From positions 434,001 through 498,000 of the forward strand of contig NW_026889783.1 in the NCBI RefSeq assembly GCF_033153115.1: 64,000 nucleotides of DNA, given 5' to 3'. Position numbers and translations under genes: made by a program. Origin of the DNA: Saccostrea echinata. Lineage: Eukaryota. Position 1 is the stretch's first letter, and each line of letters begins with the position of its first letter. Positions 10,929 through 23,200 of the stretch are shown here, one piece after another. Under the pieces are notes generated by a model that saw only the letters and a list, made by a program, of their open reading frames with translations, ran no database searches and was not told where the DNA came from.

Positions 10929-13900
10929 ATGGCTGCTGATTTTGAATATAAACAAATGTTACTGAAGCTTGATAAATCATTGAAAACTGAGGAATTTGAG
11001 TCGCTCATGTTTCTGTGTAAAGATGATGTTAGGAAAAGAGAAAGAGAAAATGTTAAAAGACCTACAGATTTGTGGGAAATTCTGGAGACCCGAGAAAAAC
11101 TAGGTCCAACAAATTTAATGTTTCTTAAGGATCTCATTCGTCATTCCTGTAATGGTCGTGTTGATGTGATGAAGATAATTGAAAACTTTGAGAATGGAAT
11201 TCCAGATGATCAACAGTTTGTGCCACCTCGGCCAGTTTGTCAACCATCGCAACAACCAGTGATGGGGAATCGTACTCCTTATCAAATGAATCATTTAAGT
11301 AAGTTAAAAATGTAACATAAGATTAACCACTTGAACCACCAATGTCCATTTCTAGTATAGATGGTTAGAATAATCTACCTGTGTCTCGGAACAAGCCCTC
11401 ACCACAGTTAGAATATGTCCCATATACTTGCAATGTAGCAAATCAGAGTGGATCCACTCCGAAATGACTGAAGAATACAAAAGGAGTTGCACTGAAAATA
11501 ACTACCAAATTAATCATAACAAACCTTTTTGAGATTATATATGCCTTTTAACCTAAAAAATAATCAATATGAATATGAAAATTCAACTCATTTTCTCAAC
11601 GTTTTTTCCTCGCTTCAAATTTAACGCCATGTTGACATTCGGAACTCTCTGGATTGTTCATAGAAAACGCACAGAGTTCGAGTTATTGCCCGTGTTTATT
11701 TTGCAACATTGCTAATACACAGAACAAATTCTATCGTTAAACCGGGTCTGTAGGACAATATCATTTTAACAATAGAACGTTCTATCTATAGTATAGAATG
11801 AAATACATGCCAATATGTAGGTATTGTATATACCCACTTATAAATGTATAAGTCATATAATTTTTTCAACTACACACATAAGCATGATTAATTAAATCAA
11901 ATCAAGTTTTGATTTTTTTTTAATGACTGTCATTGCCATTGACCTAGACCTCAACTTTTCTCATTGTAATATGATGAGCTAAAAGTTGTTAAAGGTGACC
12001 CATCAAAAGTACAGTGTCGTGCCAAAATGTGCTTAATACGAAAACTTTCAAAATTGTAGAAGTCAGTGCTTTCCTGTATTTGTCATGTTGATTCACAAAA
12101 TTTAATCACATTAAAATTAGCTATATGATCATACAGATTTGAGCTGACTGTCTTGTTGAAATTGGATTCATATAACTTTTTTTTTTTTATTTTCACAGAT
12201 CCAAATACAAGTAATACAGTGAATGTAGACAGTAAGTCAACTACATGTATTTGCACTTATTTATAGCTCTACTGATCAGAGACCAGAAGAGCTTAAGACC
12301 ATAGAAGATTAACTGGCAAGGTTGGAAATATGCAGCTAACGTCATTTAAATCTATTGCAGTCAATTTAAAAAACTTTCATATATGTATTTATTTCCAAGA
12401 TCTGCCAACCCCCTCCCCCACACTGGAATTAAATGGTTGTCCCCTATTTATTTTCTTTAAAAAAAAAACAAACAATTGGACAGGTATAAAACTCTAATTA
12501 TATAAAATTCAAACTACCGGTATTCCAAAATTGCTGAGGTAGATTAAAAATGAATTTTGAACTAGAGTTTCAATCCAATGTTTTCTCATATGCCTGCGCA
12601 GAATTGTATCTGCCTATTTCATTGTCCTTCATCAAATGTTTTGACTGAAACAGAATTGAAATGACGTGAGCTGCATATTTCCAATCTTGCCAGTAAGGTG
12701 TCTGTCATCCGTCTGTCTAGTGTCTCTCTATGATCAATGTTTTCAAATACTCCTCCTCCCACAGATTTGGTCTGATTTCAATAAAACTTGGTACAAAAGA
12801 AGACTATACTAAGATACATAATTCTATTTTCAGTTTTTGGTGTTGCCATGGTTACTAAAAATAGAATTTTCTGTGAAAATCTTTCAAAACGTTACTCCTC
12901 CTATAGTTTTAGTTGATTTCAATAAGACTTGATAAACAAGTAGACTTTACATGTACTAAGATAAATAATTCTATGTATTGTTTTTTTTATTAATTTCAAC
13001 AAATGGTGTTGCCATGGTTACTAATAATAAAACCATCTGGATTGTCCAAATTTTAAAATGAGCAATTTATCTCAGATTTTGCAGTTTCATTTCAATTTCT
13101 TTTTTACATGTGATTGTCTAGTGTATCCTTCACAGCATAGCTGTGACTTATTTTTTGAAAATTACATCCATGGTTAAAGAAATATAACAAAAAATGTGTT
13201 TTATTTTCATAAATTATTTTTTTATTAACATAAAAATGTCCATGTAACTTTTTTTGACATGTTTTGCGAGATATTTTATACATTTATTAACCGAAAATTT
13301 TAAACTCTAAAACATCATATTTGCAAATATTTACATTTGCTATCTTTTTCTTCTTAACCAACTATGAAATTGATTTGAATGCCATTTTCATGTATACTCA
13401 CTCGTAGAAATATACACAGAGAAACACTTAAGTGACGTCACAATGAGGCTACAGAGACTTTAATAAAAGTATAACGATATAGGGCAGCAAGAAATTCAAA
13501 CACTGAGTATATTTTTGCTGCTTTTAAACATGTAAAATGTAAATCTAAGGAATGTTTTTAAGTTTAGTGTGAATTATTGGTATGTAAATCAAACAGATTT
13601 GCAACAAAGGCATATTTTTCATGAAGCACTAGCACACTTCATGAAATATGCCTATGTGACAAGTCTGTGTGATTTGCACATCATCAACTCACACAAAACT
13701 TTTCAAAATTCTGAAAAAATGCAAAAAATTCACAAATATAATTAAGAACCAAGATCAGTCTTTCAATGCTAAAACCTTATTTTAAAAGGGACGTGTTAAA
13801 GATCTATCAAATAAAATTTTGGTGTAGCATTCATCCTTAAAACATTACAGCTCTTATGTTTTTGGTATGAATTTAATAAAAATTGGTACAAAGGTTTAAG

Positions 13901-14382
13901 CAAGGATCATTATTCCTTTTTATTGATGTTGCCATTGCTGTTATAAGTTCAAGTCTACCAGTAGGTGCTGCTGTATAAGAACAAAGCAGTAGAGTTACAG
14001 TCTTGTCAGAGACTTCTGCTTTTTATTGCATTTCATCAATTTCATATAACTTTTGCCTTTGATGTTAACAAAAATTGTCAGATTATTATGCTAAAATAAG
14101 ACTTCTTTTATAGAATATATGAAAGAAATCAATTTCTTAACAAAGAATTTGGGTAAGGAATGGCGATTCTTCATGAGGACGCTGGGTGTTACGGATGGCG
14201 ACATGTTGTCAGTGGAACAGGATTATCCACGTAGTTTACGGGATCAGATATACCAGTGCTTGGTACAGTGGATAAGTGATAATGGTGGACAGTTTGATCG
14301 GGGAAAAGTAATAGGTGCGCTGCGAGACTCTGCCGTTGAAAGATATGACTTAGCTGGACGTATTGAAGATCATGACATTTAA
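10929..14382 (+). CDS. FADD: FAS-associated death domain protein (DED + death domain), ~223 aa; exons 10929-11298, 12199-12231, 14114-14382
   Basis: DED: YKQMLLKLDKSLKTEEFESLMFLCKD...DLWEILETREKLGPTNLMFLKDL...GRVDV. DD: LTKNLGKEWRFFMRTLGVTDGDMLSVEQDYPRSLRDQIYQCLVQW...ERYDLA. Phase-1 junctions, total 672 nt. AATAAA at 14839. Confidence 0.9.
12312..12694. mobile_element. MITE with ~50-bp TIRs in FADD intron 2
   Basis: ACTGGCAAGGTTGGAAATATGCAGCTAACGTCATTT / AAATGACGTGAGCTGCATATTTCCAATCTTGCCAGT. Confidence 0.75.
13561..13700. repeat. Imperfect ~140-bp foldback
   Basis: AGGCATATTTTTCATGAAG-cactagcaca-CTTCATGAAATATGCCT core, with degenerate outward pairing to AGTTTAGTGTGA / TCACACAAAACT. Confidence 0.65.
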
Positions 14383-14967
14383 TCAAAATGCTGAACCTTG
14401 AAAGCAGATGAATATTTATGTGATACATTGTAGTGTGATACTCTGTGCACAGTTATTTGTTTTTGATTATACTGCAAGTGTCACTTGTCTTTTAACATTT
14501 ATGAACCAAGTCTATAAATTTAAAACATTCATACTTCATTATCTTCCATTGAAAAGAGTATGTGGCCCTGAACTTCAGTCCCTTGTGTACAAAGATTTTC
14601 CTTAAAATTGACTTGGTAGTTCTTGAGAAGTAGTCAAAATTGTAAAACATTAAACAGCTGTACAGAATATAAACTTTGATAAGAAAAGCTCACTTGAGCT
14701 TTGAGCTCCATTGAGCTTACTAGAACCTCTATGTGCACATATTTGAGCATATTCAAGAAAAGTACAATATGTCATGTTCTTTTTGGTGGAGTCATAAATG
14801 CTATCCTTTATATGATCAGATGATATGTACATGTATATAATAAATTTAGATCACCTGAGTCAGACAGGTGACATTATTATCTGTTATCTCACTTTCTAAG
14901 AGCTGAACCTATTCCAAACATTTCTAGTTTATAGCATCTGTAGGTAGAGTAAACATTGTAATTGTCA

Positions 14968-15940
14968 CAGTTCCTGTCTGTCTGACTAAAGTCAGCCCTT
15001 TCTATTTCACTTCCTTGTAGTAGGTGTCTTTAGTCTGACTGCAGTTCCTATCTATCTGACTCAAGCCAGCCCTTTCTATTTCACTTCCTTGTAGGGGCTG
15101 GCTTTAGTCAGACTGCAGTTCCTATCTGTCTGACTAAAGTCAGCCCTTTCTATTTCACTTCCTTGTAGGGGCTGGCTTTAGTCTGACTGCAGTGTTTGTC
15201 CGTCTGACTAAAGTCAGCCCCTTCTATTTCACTTCCTTGTAGGGGCTGGCTTTAGTCTGACTGCAGTGTTTGTCTGTCTGACTAAAGTCAGCCCCTTCTA
15301 TTTCACTTCCTTGTAGGGGCTGGCTTTAGTCTGACTGCAGTTCTTGTCTGTCTGACTAAAGTCAGCCCCTTCTATTTCACTTCCTTGTAGGGGCTGGCTT
15401 TAGTCTGACTGCAGTGTTTGTCTGTCTGACTAAAGTCAGCCCCTTCTATTTCACTTCCTTGTAGGGGCTGGCTTTAGTCTGACTTCAGTTCTTGTCTGTC
15501 TGACTAAAAGCAGCCCCTTCTATTTCACTTCCTTGTAGGGGCTGGCTTTAGTCTGACTTCAGTTCTTGTCTGTCTGACTAAAAGCAGCCCTCTTCTATTT
15601 CACTCCCTTGTAGGGGCTGGCTTTAGTCTGACTGCAGTTCTTGTCTGTCTGACTAAAGTCAGCCCCTTCTATTTCACTTCCTTGTAAGGGCTGGCTTTAG
15701 TCTGACTGCAGTGTTTGTCTGACTAAAGTCAGCCCCTTCTATTTCACTTCCTTGTAGGGGCTGGCTTTAGTCTGACTGCAGTTCTTGTCTGTCTGACTAA
15801 AGTCAATCCCTTCTATTTCACTTCCTTGTAAGGACTGACTTTAGTCAAGCTACAGTTCCTATCTGTCTAACTAAAGTCAGCCCCTTCTATTTCACTTCCT
15901 TGTAAGGACTGGCTTTAGTCTGACTGCAGTTCCTGTCTGT
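14968..15940. repeat. Tandem array of 13 x 74-bp palindromic units
   Basis: Consensus CAGTTCTTGTCTGTCTGACTAAAGTCAGCCCCTTCTATTTCACTTCCTTGTAGGGGCTGGCTTTAGTCTGACTG; equivalent positions at 15271, 15345, 15419. Confidence 0.97.
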
Positions 15941-16730
15941 TTCTTTGGTGGTGGGAGCAAAACCATCACTTCCAAAATCCTCTACTACTGAACATATCGC
16001 ATTAGATTATATTCTCTGGATCATCAGATTGGCCCATAGGATGGGGGCTTTTTTTTTCTCTGGGACATTTGGCAAACAAGATCGAGTTTATGCTTGGGAT
16101 GTTTTTTTTTTTTAAATGACTAGTTCACGGCCAGGAACACGTTAAGTTCCTAGACAGTACCGTTGTCAGAAACCTTTAAAGTTAAGCACTGAAACTGGTT
16201 CGTTGTCATGAACGTACAGGTGAGGTTATGATAAAATCCGTCCGGTGTCATGACTTCAGAAGACAGGCTGTGAGAAGTTTTTCATTTTTCAAGTTAAATT
16301 ATCTATAACAATGTCTGAAATTGCAATGGGAAACAGGGCTGACACCCTATTTGGTGCTGTATGAATTTCAGCCGTTAAAAACAAGTAATAAAACTTAAAG
16401 AAGAGTTTGCGTTGGCGACATTATATAACTCTGTTGAAATCACTTGTGGATTTGATTCGTTTTCCTACTGAGATGTTATATTTTTCGTAAATAGAATATA
16501 ATATACACACCAATTGGTGCAGACAGTGTCAAGACATGTTGAAAGCCTTTACTGAAAAATTGAGAACAAATCAAAACTGAAAATTTTGATTTATTTCAAT
16601 TTTTGTCCGTTGTCATGACAAGATACGAAAATTCAGTCCTTTGTCATCGGTCCGTTGTTGCTACTGGTTTGTATACACTACGATCTCATGTTGGTTTAGG
16701 TATCGTTAATCATGCCATCAAAAAGAGGGT

Positions 16731-18718
16731 TGTGACGGTACATCTTGTCGTTTTGTACATATTGTCGTCGGCGAAAAAATGTACCTACCCTTACTGCACA
16801 TATCGTCGTCCATCGATACATATTGTCGCCGGCGACAATTTGTACCGAGACGAGCCTTTTTTTCCTCCTGCGTAATGGAAGACAAAATGTACAGTCAAGA
16901 ATCGGCACGTTTTGTCGTCGGCGACAATATGTACTGACCATTGGCACATTTTGTCGCCGATATATTGTGTTGAATATTTACTAAGGTCGTGGAGAGAGAG
17001 AGGGGGAGAGAGAGATTGACACACATACACAGAGAAAGAGAGAGATCTAGACAGACAGAAGGATAGACAAAGTGTTTGGAGGATAAATAAACAAACAAGT
17101 TGTATGTATGCATTACTCGCAATTTTGTAGGGAGAAATGGTGTTGCTCAGAAAATTGTGTCCAGCATTGGTTTACATGACTATGATATGTCAAAAATACC
17201 GTAATTCTTGAGATATCTGAAAAATCAGTCTATTCTTTTTTTCTCATTATATATACATGGATATGAGATTGAAAGTTATTTGTTCAGTAGAAATGTTATC
17301 TGGAATTCATTTTTTTCTTTGCTTAATTCTCATAAGAGTGCCGATATAATTGGTGTAGGGATTGACATATTTTAGCTCACCTGAACTGATAGCTCTAGTG
17401 TGCTTTTCTGATCATATTTCTTGTGTCGTCCGTCTGCCTGTCGGTAAACTTTTCACATTTTCAGCTTCTTTTCATGAACTACTGGCCAATTTCAATTTCA
17501 ACCAAACTTACCAGAAAGCAAACGTGGATAAAGGGAGTCAAGTCTGTTCAAATTAATGGCCATGCCCTCTTTCAAGAAAGTACATGTATAGTTAAGAATT
17601 AGTGAAAATTTAGTGACATCTTTAAATAATTTCTCAAGAACAATTGTGTGAGAAAAGTTGAAACTTATGTGAAAGCTTTATTATAATTAAAGTGTAGATT
17701 CATTTTTATTCAGATCATGTCTGGGAAAGGGTGGGGCTACAATGGGTGATCAAAGTTTTAAGAATAATTCATTCAAAATTTTCTTCTCAGGAACTTCTGG
17801 ATCAGAAGAGATTATACTTATGTGAAAGTACATATATGAAGTGTACTTTTCATTTTTTAGATTTTGGCACGAATTTTCAATGGCCCTGAGTTCCAAGAAT
17901 AGGTCTAAATTTTTGGCCCTTCTCCGGCAAGTGATGATGTTAAATTTCCTTATGAGTGAAAAATTCTCTAGAGGGATATTAAAACAACAAACAAACAAAC
18001 AAAAACAAAATCAATTTTGTTCAAATCATGACCTCCATAGGTAGGGTGGGTCCTTAATTGGTGATAAAAGTTTTCAGTTGGAATATACGGTATACAAAAA
18101 CTCTTTTAAAAACTTCTCAAGAACCAAAGGCGGATCTAGCACCGGTGCACCCCCCCCCCATCCCTATCTCCCACCCTGCCCCCTCCGTTTGATTTTTTTC
18201 ATTTTTCTTTGCTTTTGTAAATTCTGTTTTTTTAACCTGTATATACTCTCAATTTTGTCCACAGGTAAAATTTCATGACTAAATAATATACTTAACTTAT
18301 ACAGTAACATGCACTCAAACGATTTTTTTTGTCTTGTCAAAAAAAATCTGAACCCCCCCCCCTTTCCCCGTTCTGAAATTTTTAGATCAAATATTGAGAA
18401 CAGCAGTAGGCCCGTGATTAGCAATGTTTATATGGAAGCATCCTCAGGTAGTGTAGATTCAAGTTTCTTTTAATCATGACCCCCGGGCCTAGGTTGGGGC
18501 CACAAAGGGCGATCAAAGTTTTACACAGGAATATATAGGAAAATTCTTTAAACTTTCTCTTCTCAGCAACAGCAAAGCAATGATTAGCCATATCTGTATG
18601 GAAACATTGCCATGCATTGTCATGCGAGATATACTGATGGACGACAATATGTTCAGTGAGTGTATGTACACATTGTCGAAGGCGACATATGAACATGACG
18701 ACAAAATGTACCGCCACA
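16731..18718. mobile_element. Non-autonomous TIR element with TGT...ACA ends and subterminal TGTCGCCGGCGACA motifs
   Basis: TGTGACGGTACATCTTGTCGTTTTGTACATAT matches the reverse complement of ATATGAACATGACGACAAAATGTACCGCCACA; no TSD seen. Confidence 0.55.
17368..18590 (+). mobile_element. Helentron-like element with degenerate Cg170-like monomers, nested in the preceding element
   Basis: TTTTAGCTCACCTGAAC head, GTCCGTCTG microsatellite, repeated TCAAATCATGACCCC...GGGTGGGGCCACAA...AAAGTTTT monomers. Confidence 0.65.
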
Positions 18719-18792
18719 ATCACGCTGCATGAATAGCATACGAAATACGTCAATGTGATTTACACACAAATTACATTCACAAATCCACCAAA

Positions 18793-20215
18793 ACCAGAGG
18801 CCCATAGGCCACATCGCTCACCTGAGCACTTTGGTTCGGAAATCGGAGAAATCAGTTCGGTATTCAAAAGTTTAATTATTAAAGGGGGGGGGGGTATGAT
18901 TTGAAAAAAAACTTGAATCTACACCACCTAAAGATGCTTTTGAACTAATATGACTAATAATGGCTTTATTTTCTAAAGAAGAAATTTTTATTGATATATC
19001 TTTCATAACCCTTTGTTTAACTATGATCCCCTCTCTGTTGGGATCATGATTTGAACGAATTTAAATCTGCATTACCTGAGGATGCTTTTATTTTATTATG
19101 ACCAATTATGTTTTTGCTGTTCTTGAGAATAAGATTTTTTAATGATTTCCCCAAGTGAATAAACTTGAATCTTCACTACCTGAGGATGCTTCCATATACA
19201 CTAGATAAATTGCTAACGCGCCACTTATTACTCTTATTCGTGAATTGATCATTTTCCTGATTGGCACTAGTATGTAAAATATGCCATCTTTTCCAAAAAA
19301 TGTCTTGGTGTCATGTCAAGACCCTTAAAGGACCTTTTTGTCCGAAAACCAATGCCCCGACGTGCACTGCGCACCGTTTTTGCCAAGATATGAAGTTGGT
19401 GATTACCGATGGTGGTCTGTGACGTTGCGACGGGAGCAGTCTCCCACTTAAAAATCAAATGATATATCCTGATTGACTACCATATCGCTTAGTAGTCATC
19501 CAATGCCTTGGTGTCCTACCAAATCCACCCAACTTCCGGTTGCCCCAATATTGTGGAACAATCTTGAAGTTATTGTGTGGTGCTTACTTAATGCCGTCGA
19601 TATCTTATGATTGTTTATTCATTTTCAACAATTTTTCACCAGAGAAATGCATAATCTTTGAATTGTTCTAATTTTTCACAAATTTCTTCAAAGGAACCCC
19701 CTGCAGATAGCATACTGGCTGCCTTAGCAGGCTCTTCTAGGGTCAAACGCCGCATACGGTGTAACTTTTTTTCTGAGTTTTTAATTAGTACAAACAGAAA
19801 GAACACAACCACAAAGAAAAATTTGATAATTTATTCCACCAAAAATATGATTTTAATTTTTTCTATGAAGTGGTTACGCGTCAGTAAACATTGCTGTTAT
19901 TTATCAGTTAAAACATTTAAATGTCTCACTTCTTATTAAAGTAACTTAATTGTATATCCAAAACATCATAACCAAGTTTTGAAAAGAAAAATGTTAATTT
20001 ATTTAGGTGGTGCGTTAGTGTTTTTGTCTAGTGTAAATATAACCAATCATGGCTTTGCTGTTCTTGAGAAGAAGATTTTTAAAGATTTTCCCTATGTTAT
20101 CCTAAGTAAAATTTTGATAGCCCACTGTGGCCCCATCCTACCCCCGGGGGTCACGATTTGAACAAATTTGAATCTTCATTACCTGAGGATGCTTCCAAAT
20201 AAGTTTCATATTATC
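18793..20215 (-). mobile_element. Helentron-like element with Cg170-like monomers, interrupted by a Tc1 element
   Basis: AGAGGCCCATAGGCCACATCGCTCACCTGAG end box; monomers CATGATTTGAACAAA(C/T)TTGAATCT...ACCTGAGGATGCTT; further remnants at 21330-22410. Confidence 0.65.
19199..20033 (-). mobile_element. Internally deleted Tc1-like transposon with a transposase N-terminal remnant
   Basis: TA|CACTAGATAAATTGCTAACGCGCCAC ... GTGGTGCGTTAGTGTTTTTGTCTAGTG|TA; minus strand reads MRRLTLEEPAKAASMLSAGGSFEEI and TIGNHQLHILAKTVRSARRGIGFRTKRSFKGLDMTPRH, resembling the Tc1/Tc3 paired-like HTH region. Confidence 0.75.
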
Positions 20216-23200
20216 GGCCCTTGTCTTGCCCGATTTTTGTATATTTTTTTTCGTCGGCCGACCAATTTTATGCATGTCAGTCGGGTAAAGATTTTTTTTT
20301 TTGGCGTCTGTGGCCGATTCAATTGAAGCACTCATTGAATAGTCCGTCCACCAACCTTCGATCATAGGACGACCATCAGCATATAGTTTTTAAAGTCGGT
20401 CGTCAGTCGGTCGACATTTAGGAATTGAGTTTTCGTACAACTGGCGGCCGAAGATGAACATCAAACTGCGGCCTAGCGAACGATGATCGGGCGACGGTTG
20501 GCCAACTTATAAATATTTTTACTTTTAAAGGTATCGATGTTCCTTAGGAATTAATATCACTACTCTGCGTCGCCCGATACTTGTGTCGGCCGATCATGTT
20601 TTTTCAGCTGATGATACGAAAATAATTTGGTCGACCATCGGCTTAAATGTGACCTAAGCGTAACATTTTAATTTTGTTATTCTGATGATATACAAGGAAA
20701 TGCATATGTTTGCATACTAGCTAGGAAGCAGGTTCCTAAGAGAAAATGAATTGAAAATAAAAACATCGCTGAATAGTTAGCACATTAGTGTGAGCTGCTG
20801 TAAGATAACCCCGAGATTCAAATACATTTGTAATATGCTTTGTATTTTTTTAAATTAGGCATATATTTGATCATTTCTGTTGCATTTTATTGATTTACTT
20901 ACATGTTAAGAAAAATGACACCGGACCAGACAAACTTAAAATGTAATGACAACGGACTTTTTGGTTATAAATTGCGATTTTTTAAAACATGTTAGCTATA
21001 AAATCTGTTGGTTGCCTAATACATTGCAAATGAAGTTTCTCTTAATATTTTAGAATAAAAGAACCATTTCGATGAATTAAGTATAAGAAATATATAATTT
21101 TCTAGCTCACGATCTTCGCTTCACACATGGGCATGTGATCGCCAACCAAAACTCCTCAAAATGTATTGTGGATATCAAATACATAAATCTTTGTATGGAA
21201 TAATGAATGTTGTATCTGTTTCCCAAAATTCAAATTTATTCTTAGAATTTGTCAAAAACGTTAAAATTTAGTTATTATGTGTAAATTCTTGTATCTTTTG
21301 CATGACACCGGACGAATCAGTATTACTAATTATTTCCCTGCTGTTCTTGAGAAGTAATATTCCTTTATAATATTTGGACACCCTATTGTGGCTCCATCTT
21401 AAGAACATTGAAAATGATTTGATTAAAGAGGTATATGAGGTATATGCATATTTTTGCCCAAACAAGTCAATGAAATTTCTTGAAATGTGCTGAATTGTAT
21501 ATATTATTGTATGAAAAATCTAAATTAACAAAAAATATGTTTTCGAAGTAAGTTATTGACAAATTTTGGATTTTGTATTATTCTTCAGAAAGGGAAAAAA
21601 ATAGACAAAATTTGTTCAATTTTTACTATAAAATTTAATGCAGAGCGCAGACCTGCTCCAAATCAATATTCATATATATCATTGAAATTATCATTCTACA
21701 CATGATATTAAAACACTGAGTTGGAGCAGACCTGCACTTGGTGACTTTTACCCAAAATATTGATGTAATATACACCTCTATAAATCATGGAAAGTTAGAA
21801 TTTACGTCGTTTTCCTGACATCATATCTAGCATATGGTGTCATGGCTGATGAAAATATTGAATGCTATGAAGTCTGCAGATATCTCCCTGCTTTAGAACA
21901 TAACTATATGTTTCTCCGTCAAAGATTGATTTATTTTTGGGGGCAAACATTGGTCATTACTGAATCCTTTGAATCTACCCTATTATGTGGCTTTAATGGT
22001 CTTGACATTTTTTCCTATATACTAGTCTACAATATATATTCTCTGACCACAGTTGTTGCTCCTAGTACAAGAGGCCGTATGAACAAATTTGAATTTACAT
22101 TGCCTATAAATGCTGGAAAATCAATTTGAAATGTTGCCCTGTTGGTTTTCTTCATCGGATTTTGAATGATTCTTCCTACACATTCTTCTGTAAAACTTGA
22201 ACCCCCTGTTGCGATCCCAAGAGCATGATTTGAACAAACATAATTCTACACTACACAACTACTTATATATGAATACGACTCTTCTTGAGATTTTTTCCTA
22301 TGTATTCCTATGCAAAACTTTGGACTTCCTATTGTGGCCTCACACTACCATAAGAGGTCATGATTTGAACAACTACCTGTATAAACATAGCTGCATACTT
22401 TTCACCACAAACTAAGATCATATTCCTGATTTTAGATGATTTTGATAGGGTCAAAACACTTAGAGAGAAGGATGACATTATCTACAAGACTTTAGAGTGA
22501 CGTTACGGCTGCAAAATGTGTGCTTTTTCAGTCAAATTTACCCAATACATCATTAAGAAATAAGGTATAAAGTTGATCTAAACAGTTTAAGAAACTGGAA
22601 TATTCTCTTTTAAAACAAAATTAACATAATTAGAATCTGCTGGAAATCCAAGGGTTGTACAAACCAAAACAATCTTAAATCTGTTTATTTGTACCATGTG
22701 AATTCTGAATGACATGTGTCTAAACTGTAGAGTTTACAATTATAATGGAATATGAGGTTACAGCAATTCTCAGAAGAAAATATCATAAATTTTCTGATAA
22801 ACTATTAATCGTGAACTTTTTGAACTGTTTTCAGACTAATTTTAAAGAATTATAAGTACAAATATCAATGTTTTGTGTACTGGGGTCCGAAAAGGGAAAA
22901 TCAACCAAATCGAACGTTATCACGACAAAAATATTTTCAGGACAGTTCCATAAGAATTTGCACTTTAAATAGCAATAATATTTATATATCATAGATGTAT
23001 TATTATGTTGAGTAAACACTGCTCTTTCTTTCTTTGAAAGCGATGGAGAAATGATAACGTGCATCAACAAACCTTTCGAGAAAAACCTTCACAAGCCCTG
23101 CGCGAGTCTTGCTCATTCAATGGTTAAATTAATTCCCAACTAAAATTTGGTCAGGAAATTTGCATTTTGAAGCTCTATTTTCGTTTTTTTCTTTTGTTGA

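Noticed and set aside
14968-15940. CRISPR-like array (palindromic repeats at fixed spacing)
   Set aside because: The sequence between palindrome arms is almost invariant rather than unique spacers, there are no cas genes, and the context is eukaryotic.
16603-17122. Five overlapping ORFs on both strands
   Set aside because: By-products of the CpG-rich palindromic repeat end; no protein-like content.
19199-20033. CACTA/EnSpm element
   Set aside because: TA flanks and a Tc1-like transposase remnant fit Tc1 better.
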